From Sphingobacterium sp. UBA6711 (GTDB taxonomy: Bacteria > Bacteroidota > Bacteroidia > Sphingobacteriales > Sphingobacteriaceae): a stretch of DNA of 51,232 bases. The stretch lies in the NCBI GenBank assembly GCA_002454415.1, contig DKIT01000045.1:42122-93353 (forward strand), read 5' to 3'. The position numbers and the translations under genes are program-made. This document shows, piece by piece, positions 37,380-47,900 of the stretch (its first letter is position 1; the number at the start of each line of letters is the position of its first letter). The notes under the pieces are model-generated. The model worked only from the letters and a program-made list of their open reading frames with translations, did no database searches and was not told the origin of the DNA.

Positions 37380-38462
37380 TCACAGACTATTTATTGATTT
37401 TTCAGTGTAGTCAATCCGCGTTTTAGCTAATGCGTCGGGGAAATTACTTTGGATATAAGCGATCATTTCTTCACGCACGTAACAGCGTAGGTCAAAGGCC
37501 TGTCCAGAATTGCGGCAGCTCATAAGACAGCGTATTTCCATGGTCCGTTCCTTAAAATCGGTCACCTGTAGCACATTCACCTTTCCGTCCCACAGGGGAT
37601 GACCGGTAAGCAACTCGGTCAGTTTATCCCGGAGCTGCTGTACCGGAATGGTAAAGTCTGTATAAATAAATACAGTTCCTAAAATTTCAGCTGTTGTACG
37701 TGTCCAGTTCTGGAAAGGCTTTTCAATAAAATAAGTAATGGGGAGTACGAGCCTTCGCTTATCCCAGATATTGACCACCACATAGGTGAGGTTGATCTCT
37801 TCTACCCGTCCCCATTCACCTTCGACAACCAATACATCGTCCATCCGTATGGGTTGGGTGAAAGCAATCTGGAATCCGGCCAGCAGATTTCCCAAGGATT
37901 TCTGCGCGGCAAATCCAATGATAATACCACCGACTCCCACACCGGTCAATAAACCGGCGCCGATTTTCTGCATACTGTCAAAACTCAATAGGATAATGGC
38001 CAGGGAAACAACTATAATTAGCGTCACCACGACTTTACGAATAAAGACAATCTGTGTCCTGACTTTACGTTCGCGTAGGTTATTTTCCTTATTGACATCA
38101 AAACGATGGTAGAGATAATCCTCAAATACCTTGATTGCCTGTATCAGTGCAATGGCAAAAAAACTTATAAGCAAGATTTCGTTTATTTTACTGACGACTC
38201 GTAGTGTCCTTTCGTTAAAGTGTGAAAAAGGTAAAAGACTATTGAAAACAATCAATGGGATAAAAATACTTAATACCCGGTTAAAACGCCTAATAAAGGA
38301 GCGAAAGAGGGAATAGGACTCCTGCTGGATCGCTTGTTTACGCAATAGGGGGATAAAGATCATCTTGATCAAAATGCCGATCAAAAATGAAAATAGGATT
38401 AATGCAATATTCCAGAGCCACGCCGGCCAGGTCTGTGAAAGTTGAATTAATGCTTCAGTCAT
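37380..38462 (-). CDS. MscS-family mechanosensitive ion channel
   Basis: IIGFAAQKSLGNLLAG, PIRMDD, GRVEEI and FQNWT. ATG at 38462 preferred over TTG at 38591. Confidence 0.92.
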   Translation of the reverse strand: MTEALIQLSQTWPAWLWNIALILFSFLIGILIKMIFIPLLRKQAIQQESYSLFRSFIRRFNRVLSIFIPLIVFNSLLPFSHFNERTLRVVSKINEILLISFFAIALIQAIKVFEDYLYHRFDVNKENNLRERKVRTQIVFIRKVVVTLIIVVSLAIILLSFDSMQKIGAGLLTGVGVGGIIIGFAAQKSLGNLLAGFQIAFTQPIRMDDVLVVEGEWGRVEEINLTYVVVNIWDKRRLVLPITYFIEKPFQNWTRTTAEILGTVFIYTDFTIPVQQLRDKLTELLTGHPLWDGKVNVLQVTDFKERTMEIRCLMSCRNSGQAFDLRCYVREEMIAYIQSNFPDALAKTRIDYTEKSINSL

Positions 38463-38625
38463 ACTATTTCGCTTTTTCTCTTTTCTAATATTTACTACTT
38501 CATAAGAATAACTGTTAAGTGCGTTTAACGTTTGTTTTAATTTGAGAAAAACCAGATTAGCAATCTTTTCCAGTTCTGTATAATTCACCAAATTTGTTAT
38601 ATTTAATAGCCCAAAGCGAGCCTTT

Positions 38626-38640
38626 TGGTATGTTTTTTGA
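38626..38640 (+). promoter_or_regulatory. Sigma-54-like -24/-12 promoter upstream of gldL
   Basis: TGGTAT-N5-TTGA versus consensus TGGCAC-N5-TTGC, with correct spacing. Confidence 0.45.
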
Positions 38641-38693
38641 GCCTAAAGAGCCGATTATGGACAACGAATTAAACCAAAATACATAGATAAGCA

Positions 38694-39506
38694 ATGAGCA
38701 AGAAAAAAGACAACTCTAGATGGCTGAATGTGGCCATATCCTGGGGAGCGAGTATCGTTATTATCGGGGTACTTTTCAAGATCCTCCACATTGGCGGCAC
38801 CACAGCCAATTATATGATCGGAATTGGATTGAGTGTTGAGGCCTTCCTCTTTTTCCTAATGGGTTTGAATCCACCCGCACCAGAACCGGACTGGACACGT
38901 GTCTATCCAGAATTGGATGAAAACTTTAATGGCGAACTTCCTCAAAGGGGTAAAACCGTTGTAGCTCAACCTGCAGGGCCATCTGCTACAGCTGCTCTAG
39001 ACAAACTATTTGCCGATGCTCATATTGAGCCCGCAAGCATTGAAAATCTGGGCCGTGGACTCCGCGATTTTAGTGAAAAGGTCTCCGCGATCAATAAGCT
39101 ATCCGATGTCTCTCTTGCCACAGAAGAGTTTACCAACAAGCTCCGGACAGCCACTTCCAAATTTGATAACCTGAGCCTGGCATTTGAAAAAGCCTCAGAA
39201 AATTTGGTAGCAATGTCCAATACTTCGGGCGATACGTCCAACTATCACGAACAGGTGAAAAGTCTAACGACAAACTTAAGCCAGTTAAATATGATGTATG
39301 AACGCGAATTGCGCGATTCGGCATCGCATTTACAATCGATGAATAAGTTTTATGAGAATTTGAGTTTTACGATGCAAAACTTCAACGAATCGCTGGATGA
39401 TTCTAAAGCTTTCAAAGATGAAGTGGGTAAACTTGCGAAAAACCTAAATGCCTTGAATGCCATTTATGGCAATATGTTAAGCGCTATGAATCAACCGCGC
39501 GTGTAA
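38694..39506 (+). CDS. gldL: GldL/PorL, T9SS/gliding motor subunit
   Basis: WGASIVIIGVLFKILH, GLSVEA (conserved TM Glu), DWTRVYPEL and LNAIYGNMLSAM. Confidence 0.96.
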   Translation: MSKKKDNSRWLNVAISWGASIVIIGVLFKILHIGGTTANYMIGIGLSVEAFLFFLMGLNPPAPEPDWTRVYPELDENFNGELPQRGKTVVAQPAGPSATAALDKLFADAHIEPASIENLGRGLRDFSEKVSAINKLSDVSLATEEFTNKLRTATSKFDNLSLAFEKASENLVAMSNTSGDTSNYHEQVKSLTTNLSQLNMMYERELRDSASHLQSMNKFYENLSFTMQNFNESLDDSKAFKDEVGKLAKNLNALNAIYGNMLSAMNQPRV

Positions 39507-39536
39507 TTAATTCTTTTATTACTTAAATCAAAAACA

Positions 39537-41078
39537 ATGGCATTAGGAAGAGAAACTCCAAGGCAAAGGATGATTGGCATCCTGTATCTGGTCTTGCTCG
39601 CCTTATTGGCGCTCAATGTACCGGATTCCATCTTGGATGCATTCAAAAATATCAATAACAGTCTCGAAACATCCAAGTCGAATGTGAGTACTGCAGTACA
39701 GCAACTGTTCACGGCATTCGAAAACACCAAACTCAAGGAAGAACCCGAACGTGCTAAGCCCATTTACGATAAAGCCAAAAAAGCACAGGCTATTATCGGT
39801 GAGCTCAATCAGTATATTGGTTCTTTAAAAGAAGAATTTGTCAAACAAGGCGGTGGTTATGATGAAGAGAAAGGTGATTTGGCACAACGTGAAAACGAAG
39901 ATATTTCACCGAATCTGATGATCAACGAGAAAAAGGGAACAGCCTTAAAAGACAAGATCAACACGACACGTACAAAATTATTGGCTTTACTTACCCCGGA
40001 GGAACAGAAGATGGTTTCGTTCTCCTTGGAGGCCAAAGACCCTGAGAAATCCGTTAATGGAAAGAAATCCTGGGAAGAAATCAATTTTGGCAGTGGTACG
40101 CCCTTGACTGCAGCGATGACGATCTTAACGAAGATCCAGACTGACGCGCAAAATGCGGAGTCGGATGTTGTCAAAATCATTTTGGGAAAAATGGATCAGG
40201 CCGTGGTCAACTTGGATAAATTTGCAGCAGTCGCAGTTGCGCCTACCTCCTATTTGGTTCAAGGACAACCCTACAAAGCAGAAGTATTCCTGACGGCATC
40301 GGATTCCAAATCAGAACCTGCCATATCGGTCAACGGTTCATCACTGCAAGTGGTAGACGGCAAAGGTGTGTATTCAGTGAATACCAGTCGTGAAGGTATC
40401 TTTACCTGGACTGGTGTGGTGAAGGTAAAGCAAACCGATGGATCCTATAAAGAATACCGCACGCCGCAACAAACTTATCAGGTAGCGCGCCCTTCGGCTG
40501 TCGTATCCCCGGATAAGATGAATGTGTTGTATATCGGTGTCAACAACCCGATTTCAGTATCAGCTCCGGGCACTCCTACCGATAAAGTACATGTGAATCT
40601 AAGCGGTGGTGGCGGCAGTATTTCCAGTGCTGGTGCGGGCAAATATAATGTGAAGGTAAGTTCTCCGGGAACAGCACGCATTTCAGTATCCGCAGAGGTC
40701 GCACCTGGAAAGACGCAGACCTTGAGTTCGACAGAATTCCGGGTGAAGCGCATTCCGGATCCAATCGCCAAATTTGCGGGCAAGACCGGCGGTTCTATGG
40801 CTACAGTGGCTTTGAAAGCCCAGAATGCCTTGTTTGCCAAATTGGACAACTTTGACTTTGATGCCAGTTTCCGGGTGACCAAATTTACAATGATTATTGC
40901 CAAACCACGAGCGGATGCAATCGTATTATCCACTTCGGGCGGACAGCTTAGCTCAAGCATGTCATCTGCTTTGAATGGTATCGTACCGGGTACCCGCGTG
41001 ATCTTTGACAATATCGTTGCCGTGGGTCCTGATGGGACACCGAGACAGCTGAATGCTGTTGCACTGACGGCGAATTAA
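39537..41078 (+). CDS. gldM: GldM/PorM, T9SS/gliding motor subunit
   Basis: ETPRQRMIGILYLVLLALLALNV, F...PL.AA.TILTKIQ.D, DKMNVLY.GV.NPISVS.PG and FRVKRIPDP. Confidence 0.96.
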   Translation: MALGRETPRQRMIGILYLVLLALLALNVPDSILDAFKNINNSLETSKSNVSTAVQQLFTAFENTKLKEEPERAKPIYDKAKKAQAIIGELNQYIGSLKEEFVKQGGGYDEEKGDLAQRENEDISPNLMINEKKGTALKDKINTTRTKLLALLTPEEQKMVSFSLEAKDPEKSVNGKKSWEEINFGSGTPLTAAMTILTKIQTDAQNAESDVVKIILGKMDQAVVNLDKFAAVAVAPTSYLVQGQPYKAEVFLTASDSKSEPAISVNGSSLQVVDGKGVYSVNTSREGIFTWTGVVKVKQTDGSYKEYRTPQQTYQVARPSAVVSPDKMNVLYIGVNNPISVSAPGTPTDKVHVNLSGGGGSISSAGAGKYNVKVSSPGTARISVSAEVAPGKTQTLSSTEFRVKRIPDPIAKFAGKTGGSMATVALKAQNALFAKLDNFDFDASFRVTKFTMIIAKPRADAIVLSTSGGQLSSSMSSALNGIVPGTRVIFDNIVAVGPDGTPRQLNAVALTAN

Positions 41079-41095
41079 CCGTACCGACATTGAAT

Positions 41096-41139
41096 AAAAA
41101 GAAAGCCCCGCTTTTTTTAAGAGCGGGGCTTTCTTTTTT
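41096..41139. terminator. Bidirectional terminator between gldM and GH92
   Basis: AAAAAGAAAGCCCCGCT...AGCGGGGCTTTCTTTTT. Confidence 0.9.
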
Positions 41140-41161
41140 ACCACATCAATAGTTTGCTAAT

Positions 41162-43174
41162 TCATAATGCACTTATCCATCGAGAATCGATTCCATACTC
41201 CGTTGGTTCTTCGGAAGATTCAATACGTAGCGTTCCTCCCTGTCGAATTTCCGCATGTTTTATCCATAATCTTCCCAGGTCTTTGCCATTCCATTGAATG
41301 GATTTGATGTAGCGTTTTTTGGCTGTTGCGTTAGGCACTTCTATTGTGAGCGGCCTGCCATTATTTTCTAAAATAACCTGGTCAAAAAAAGGTACGCTTA
41401 TGTAAAAAATTGGCTCTCCGACCAAAGGTTGCTGTAATCCGATGGCGGATAGCACCCACCAGCTTGACATTGTACCAGCATCGTCGTCCATGGTCCTCAC
41501 CAAAGCCTTTGGTTCATTTTTATAGATCTTATCGATATGTGCTCCGATACCCCGACTGTTGTCGTTAAAATAATACTGTATGGTGGTATCCAGCGCGATT
41601 CGATGTACCCATTCCTGATAACGCCAAGGCTTCTTACTCGCATAATACAAGGTCAACGATTGCATATCGGGCTCATTCGCCCTGTTGAAATAATAGCCGT
41701 CGTAAAACTCATCCAGCTGCTGCGTAAAGTCTTCTTCACCCCCGATAAGCCGCTTTAATCCGTCGACATCGAAAGGCACATTCCAGCGGTATTGCCTGAT
41801 GGTCCCCTGATACATCTCGCGGGCGGACATGCGGTCGACATCCCTTTTGGCCAGATCTTTAAATTCTTTATTCCAAATTACCTGATACGATCTGGCCCTT
41901 TCCAGATAGATTTTGCTATCCTGCGGAAAAAGTTTAGCCATCGCCCATAGATCATAACAGCCTTCGAGATATTTATCCGGTTTCCTGAAATCAAAGCGTA
42001 GGGTATCGCGTATCAGGGAGTCTTTTATTCCCTCCATATCCACTTGAAAACCTTTTTTGACCGCATCCAAGAGGACGATAGCAGCATGCTCCGTACGGAC
42101 TGAATTTGCTGGCTCAGAAGGGCCCGCAAAATCAAACTTCCCATAGCGATACAGATTGGCAATGGAAGAGATTAGGCCTTGATACATTTTGGGATTTATC
42201 AGTTCCAGAAGCGGCAATTGTGTTTTATAATTGTCCCAAATTGCCCAGCCGTGATAGCGTGTTTCCTTGGCATGATGTATTTTTCCGTCCGTTCCCCGAA
42301 AATCACCCTGCGCATTGCTGATCACATAAGGTGATTGCAAGCTACGGTATAGCAAGGAGTAGAACAGATTTACTTTATCCGGATCACCCTTTACCCGCAG
42401 TGCCGACAGGGAATTTTTCCAACGATCGGCTGTCCGTTTCTTTACTGCGGCAAAATCAAGCTTAGCGTATTCTTCAAGGACTTTTTTCGCATCATTTTGA
42501 TTCACAGCCGAAAAAGCGATATTGATGTCCATTATTTTGGTCTGCTCATTTAGGTCCACCCAGATCTTATTTCCTTCTTTTCGCCATCCACTGGCTTTCG
42601 GAATTTCTAGCGCATAATAGATGGTATACGTTCCCACATGACAGGTCGTTTTCGCACGTACTTTTCCTAAGAGGAGGTTACCCGTCAGTGTAAACTCATT
42701 ATCAACGAAGGCTCCGTTGAATGCATGTCCCAGATCAATAAAAAAGCCTTTTTTACCCACGGGAAAAGTATATTGTTCCTTTCCGAAGTCGTTATCCACA
42801 GCCACTTCCACCCCTATCCCTTCTGCAGTATGTACAGCATAATAACCCGGGCATGCCTGCTCCCCCACTTTGGTGAGCGGCTTGTCATTTTCTACAAAAG
42901 GCCTAATGAGGATCAATCCACCACTGCCCATACAGCCTACCCCTTCGAGACGATTATGGGTAAAACCTTTGATTTCCTTGGCAAGATACTCATACCCAGT
43001 ATGTGTTGCAGGATTGGTAAAAGGTACGACACTCAATTGGTGAAAAGGAGAAGAAGCCGCTGGAGAAAGCTGGCCATGGTCTCCCGAGGAGCCCAAGAAG
43101 ACATTTACACGATCGGTCTGTGCGCTGGCAGTTGCTGCATAACAGAGTAGTAAAAACAGCAGTAATTTTTTCAT
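41162..43174 (-). CDS. GH92 alpha-mannosidase
   Basis: VNVFLGS, PAASSPF, GFTH...GVGC.GSGG, FYSLLYRS, WDNYK, NEPD and DDDAGTMSSW; signal peptide. Confidence 0.9.
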   Translation of the reverse strand: MKKLLLFLLLCYAATASAQTDRVNVFLGSSGDHGQLSPAASSPFHQLSVVPFTNPATHTGYEYLAKEIKGFTHNRLEGVGCMGSGGLILIRPFVENDKPLTKVGEQACPGYYAVHTAEGIGVEVAVDNDFGKEQYTFPVGKKGFFIDLGHAFNGAFVDNEFTLTGNLLLGKVRAKTTCHVGTYTIYYALEIPKASGWRKEGNKIWVDLNEQTKIMDINIAFSAVNQNDAKKVLEEYAKLDFAAVKKRTADRWKNSLSALRVKGDPDKVNLFYSLLYRSLQSPYVISNAQGDFRGTDGKIHHAKETRYHGWAIWDNYKTQLPLLELINPKMYQGLISSIANLYRYGKFDFAGPSEPANSVRTEHAAIVLLDAVKKGFQVDMEGIKDSLIRDTLRFDFRKPDKYLEGCYDLWAMAKLFPQDSKIYLERARSYQVIWNKEFKDLAKRDVDRMSAREMYQGTIRQYRWNVPFDVDGLKRLIGGEEDFTQQLDEFYDGYYFNRANEPDMQSLTLYYASKKPWRYQEWVHRIALDTTIQYYFNDNSRGIGAHIDKIYKNEPKALVRTMDDDAGTMSSWWVLSAIGLQQPLVGEPIFYISVPFFDQVILENNGRPLTIEVPNATAKKRYIKSIQWNGKDLGRLWIKHAEIRQGGTLRIESSEEPTEYGIDSRWISAL

Positions 43175-43256
43175 TTATAGTATGTTTTAGCTACAAAGTA
43201 ATTTATCCAAATTTAAGCCAGCATTAAGCTACTATTAAGTTCCGGATTTAAAGTAC

Positions 43257-43289
43257 AAAAAAAGCCTGCTTAATTTTAGCAGGCCTTTT
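43257..43289 (-). terminator. Terminator after susD
   Basis: AAAAAAAGCCTGCT-taattt-tAGCAGGC-CTTTT stem giving a U-tract on the minus strand. Confidence 0.75.
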
Positions 43290-43299
43290 CCACTATATG

Positions 43300-44862
43300 C
43301 TATTTTTTGTCCCACCACACGCGGGATGTCATCTGATCGCCATTGTCGAGATTGGCTACAGCTTTTTGATAATTCGCTGCATTTACTGTAGATTCTTCCG
43401 TTGGATACGTAAAGCGTCTCGGAATGGTCCCATTCGTTGCATTCCCAATATAATTTACCTCTTTCAGCACCGGGTATCCCGATCTGCGCCAGTTGGCAAA
43501 AGATTCATACTCATCCGAGAACGTATTGATATAATACTGGGTATTGATCTGCTCCAATGCTTTAGACTCGCTGAAAGGATTTTGGGTAAGGTACTTCGCT
43601 ATGGAGGCATCATCTATACCCGCGATTCCAAATTGTGTAAATTGTTTCATCGCTGCAGTAACGCCTGCGTCGTAATAGCTCTTGGCTGAACCTGAGATCC
43701 AGCCCCTATATGCAGCTTCGGCCAATAGAAGTTGGTTTTCGGCATAAGTCACCAAAAACGTCGGTGCATCCAGACGGGCATAAGTATATCTGTTGACAAC
43801 AGAATATTTATTCATTGCGCCCGGGTAAAGTGGATAATTTTCGATGAATGTAGCTCCTTTAGTTGTCTGATCGTAGCCATTTGGCATGCCCAGCTGCTTA
43901 CTCGCGGTGGTATCCCCTCTTGAAAACCGGCTGTCGTCTACTTTAATCGTTGGGTCAGTCACCACCGTTGCGAGAAAACGTAATCGTGGATCATAGGTAT
44001 TTTTCAGCAAGTTGATAAAAGATTCACTCATGCGGTAAGCATTCGGGTCTTCATGTACATAGATCTTCCCAAAGGGCTCTGCGCTATTGTTGGCCGTTAC
44101 CGCTCCCGGATGCAAAACAAGCGCACTCTCGTCATTGCTTGCGAACAAACCACCAGCGACAGCGGTATTCACCCAAGTTTTAGCGACTTCAGCGTCCACT
44201 TTAGAAAGACGCATACCCAATCTTAACATCAAGGAATACGCAAATTTTTGCCATTTGACCACATCACCTTTGTAGATGATATCAGCATTACCAATGGTCG
44301 ATGTCTTACCATTCAAATTGGTCGCGGCTTCTTTGAGTTCTTTTAGCATATCCAGGTAAATGGATTGCTGGGTATCATAGGCTGGATAACCTTTCCCCTG
44401 ATAATAGGCAAGACCAGCCTCCGAATAAGGTACGTCTCCGTACATATCTGTAAGTCGGTGAAATAGCAGTACGCGCATGATGCGTGCCATCTGATATTCT
44501 GGGTTAAACTCTTGTTTATCCTTCCAATTTTCCATCAGATCTGTCACATCACGTATACCGTTCGGATATAGCCGATCCCAGAATGCAGAGTTATATCCTG
44601 CACTGTAGGTGTACTTATCACCATTCCAATAACTTTCGACAGAGGCCGTATGTTGGAGCATGGTACTGATATAGATCAGACCATTCCGCCAAGCTTCGTA
44701 CTCTGTTCCATAGCCATATTGCTGTACATTGGTAAACATCAATTTATAATCCATATTGTCTTTTCCTATCGCTTCAGGATCGACATTTAGGTCACCAAAA
44801 TCACTACATGCGGATAATCCAAATCCAAACGCAGCGACGAGATATAATAGTTTCTTTTTCAT
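43300..44862 (-). CDS. SusD/RagB lipoprotein (SusD-like_2 type)
   Basis: LSAC lipobox; TDMYGDVPYSEA, W.KFA.SL.LR, WRRSGYP, PRRFTYP and VWWDK. Confidence 0.93.
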   Translation of the reverse strand: MKKKLLYLVAAFGFGLSACSDFGDLNVDPEAIGKDNMDYKLMFTNVQQYGYGTEYEAWRNGLIYISTMLQHTASVESYWNGDKYTYSAGYNSAFWDRLYPNGIRDVTDLMENWKDKQEFNPEYQMARIMRVLLFHRLTDMYGDVPYSEAGLAYYQGKGYPAYDTQQSIYLDMLKELKEAATNLNGKTSTIGNADIIYKGDVVKWQKFAYSLMLRLGMRLSKVDAEVAKTWVNTAVAGGLFASNDESALVLHPGAVTANNSAEPFGKIYVHEDPNAYRMSESFINLLKNTYDPRLRFLATVVTDPTIKVDDSRFSRGDTTASKQLGMPNGYDQTTKGATFIENYPLYPGAMNKYSVVNRYTYARLDAPTFLVTYAENQLLLAEAAYRGWISGSAKSYYDAGVTAAMKQFTQFGIAGIDDASIAKYLTQNPFSESKALEQINTQYYINTFSDEYESFANWRRSGYPVLKEVNYIGNATNGTIPRRFTYPTEESTVNAANYQKAVANLDNGDQMTSRVWWDKK

Positions 44863-44927
44863 TTTTATGTTTCTTAACCTTTTACTGTTTTTAATATTTC
44901 CTCCGATCTTTAAGTCATTATTTGACC

Positions 44928-47900
44928 TTAGAATTTCAGATTTAAATTAAAACCCACATTGCGTGTCATCGGATAGCCATTAAGTTCCAATCCTTGAGCA
45001 TTACTGTTGTTGTATGCAGATTCAGGATCTATATTTGGCGTATTTTTATGAATGGTCCATAGGTTACGACCGACCAAAGAGATTGAAGCTCCTCGGAACG
45101 GCGTTTTGGACAAGAAATCTTTTGGCAAACTATAACCAAAAGAAATTTCCCGCAATTTGACAAATCCGGCATCATAAACAAACTCTTCAGTAAAAGACTG
45201 ATCGACAACATACTTCCAATAGGTCTGAGCATCAACTGCTGTCGTATTTGTCGAGCCGCTTAGATTAACACCTTTGCCCACAATATTACCTTCGCGACCT
45301 TCTAAGGTTGCTTTATGTAAGCCTGATCCGTACAAGTTCAAATTTGTTCCCGAAAAGATTTTTGCACCCAATTTGAAATCCAATAGCATGCCTAAGCTAA
45401 AGTTTTTATAGGTAAAATCATTTCTAAAACCGCCGGTAAAGCGATAGACACCATTACCGAGCACCTCGACGCCATCAGAACGTACAGGTAAACCTTTATC
45501 GTCAAATATTCGATTTCCTGAAGCATCAGTTTTGTATTTATAACCCACGATCTGACCATAAGGAAGACCGACAATATTTTGTACAGAGGCATTTCCGGAT
45601 CTAGATACTCCACCTTCAAATGTGAGGCTTTTTTGGTTACCCAAACTAAGCACTTTACTATCGTTGAATGCAAAATTGACAGAGCCTTTCCATTTAAAAT
45701 CATCCGCTCGGATAATATCACCATAGATCAATGCTTCTACCCCTTTATTGCGCAATTCTCCAATATTCTGAATAGCAACTGAATATCCTGAGCCCGTACT
45801 TGTCGTTACACGCACAATATCATCTTTAGTTGTTTTCTGATAGACAGCAAGGTCGATCCCCATTCTGTTGCCCCAGAATTCGAGATTTGCACCTGCTTCC
45901 CATTCACTGATGCGTACCGGTTTTAAGTTTGCATTTGGGACAACGTCATTGTTGATCGTTCCGATGGGTTGACCTTGCAATTCATAGGATAATGTTCTAT
46001 AAGCCAGTGCCGTTTGATAAGCTTTGGTTCCATTCGAAGCAGAGGCGCGGGACAACCTCAGTTTACCCATATTGATCCATTCTGGAAGCTTTAAGTGATC
46101 GCTAAATACATAACTTAAGCTGACAGAGGGATAGAGATAACCATTACTTTCCGGGTTCAGTGTCGAATACCAGTCATTACGGGCAGAAAGATTTAGGAAC
46201 AAGAAATCTTTATAGCCAAAATCTGCCGTTCCGTATATTGACCTGACCTGATACTCATCATACAGTTTTTTGAAGGTACGCGTACCCGCGGCGACATTTC
46301 CTGTATTGTATACTCCATCCACAATAAATGGACGTATCCCGCCATCAGTTCCCCAAGTTTGGTTACGGGTTTTTTGGCTATTCCCGCCCACCGTTGCCGA
46401 AATGGAGAAGTCACTGACTTTTTTCTTAAAACCAATTAAATAATTAAAGTTGGTTTCTTCAAACTCTTTGTTATATTCATTGATGTAACCATTTGGATCC
46501 GCAGAGGCTCCTTTAGGCTGTACCTGTTTGAAGGCTAGGTTGAAACCATCCCGCGTAGCCGCTCCCTGTACATATAACCAATCCGTGATATCGTAGCGCA
46601 GGTTGAAACCACCAGTCAATCTCTTTTTTGTCGACTTGTTGAATTTGCGATACTGTAAAAAGTAAGGGTTGTTAAAATAAACATTGTTTCCCGGCTGCAA
46701 TTCTTTACCGAACTCATCTACTGCGGGCTCTAACCAGCGCACATCGTAACCATTGGCTAGATACAACAAGCTGGCATTGGTATTTCCATTTCCATCCGAA
46801 AGATTTGCCCGATTATCGACAAACTCAAACATATAATTGGCATTGATACCAAGCTGCAATTTTGGCGTGATCTTATAAGTCGTATTTAGGTTCGCCCCAC
46901 GTTGGTTTGATTTTGCATTGGGCAGAATAGACCCTTCATAGCCATTATTTAAACCAAGTCGGAAGCTTGATTTTTCATCACTGCCACTGACAGCTAGTGA
47001 GGTTTGATTGCTCAGGCCCGTGCGGTAAAAATTTTTCCAATTGTCCACAGGCGAATACGCATAGCTATTGCCAAATTTATTCACCGCCTGGCTACCGTCC
47101 ATTTTCGCACCCCAGCTTTGATTATAGGTATCGTTCGCAGCAGCTGCTGTTGTTGGTTTCGATCCTTGTACACCCTGACCATAGGTATCCTGAAAATCGC
47201 GGTAGTCATAAATGCTGTTGACCGTCATATTGTTGTTGAAGTCAATACCTAAGCCTTGTGCACCTTTACCTGATTTGGTGGTAATCATAATAACTCCATT
47301 TCCACCCCGATAGCCATATAGTGCCGATGCGGCTGCACCTTTCAACACCTGGATATTTTCAATATCATCCGCATTGATGCTATTGAGACCATCGGGCATA
47401 TCCATACCACCGTATTGTCCTGCCGATCCCTGATTCTGATTATCCAGCGGAATACCATCCACAACGTACAAAGGCATATTGTTACCAGTCATGGAAGCAT
47501 TACCCCGAATAACTACGCGGCTACTACCGCCAAGCCCGGTGGCATTGCCCGCGACACTTACCCCAGCCACTTTACCACTCAGGGCATTCCCCAAATTTGG
47601 ATCCCGGGCTGCGGTAAATTGATCGCCCTTGACGGATGTTGTCGAATAGCCCAAAGACTTTTTCTCGCGCATAATACCCAGCGCCGTAACGACCACTTCA
47701 TCGATAGCCGTACTGGAAGCCGCTAGCTGAACATCCAGGGACTTGCTTTCGCCCACCGTAATTTCCTGATTTTCATAACCGATAAATCTGACCAAAAGGA
47801 CCTGACCTGGTTTAGCGGCAAGGGTATATCGTCCATTCGCGTCAGTTTGCGTAACCAGTGTCGTTCCCTTAACTGAGACAGTTACACCACTGATTGGATT

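Noticed and set aside
38463..38591. N-terminal extension of MscS from TTG 38591
   Set aside because: AT-rich sequence that looks like the divergent promoter region; ATG at 38462 gives a more typical protein.
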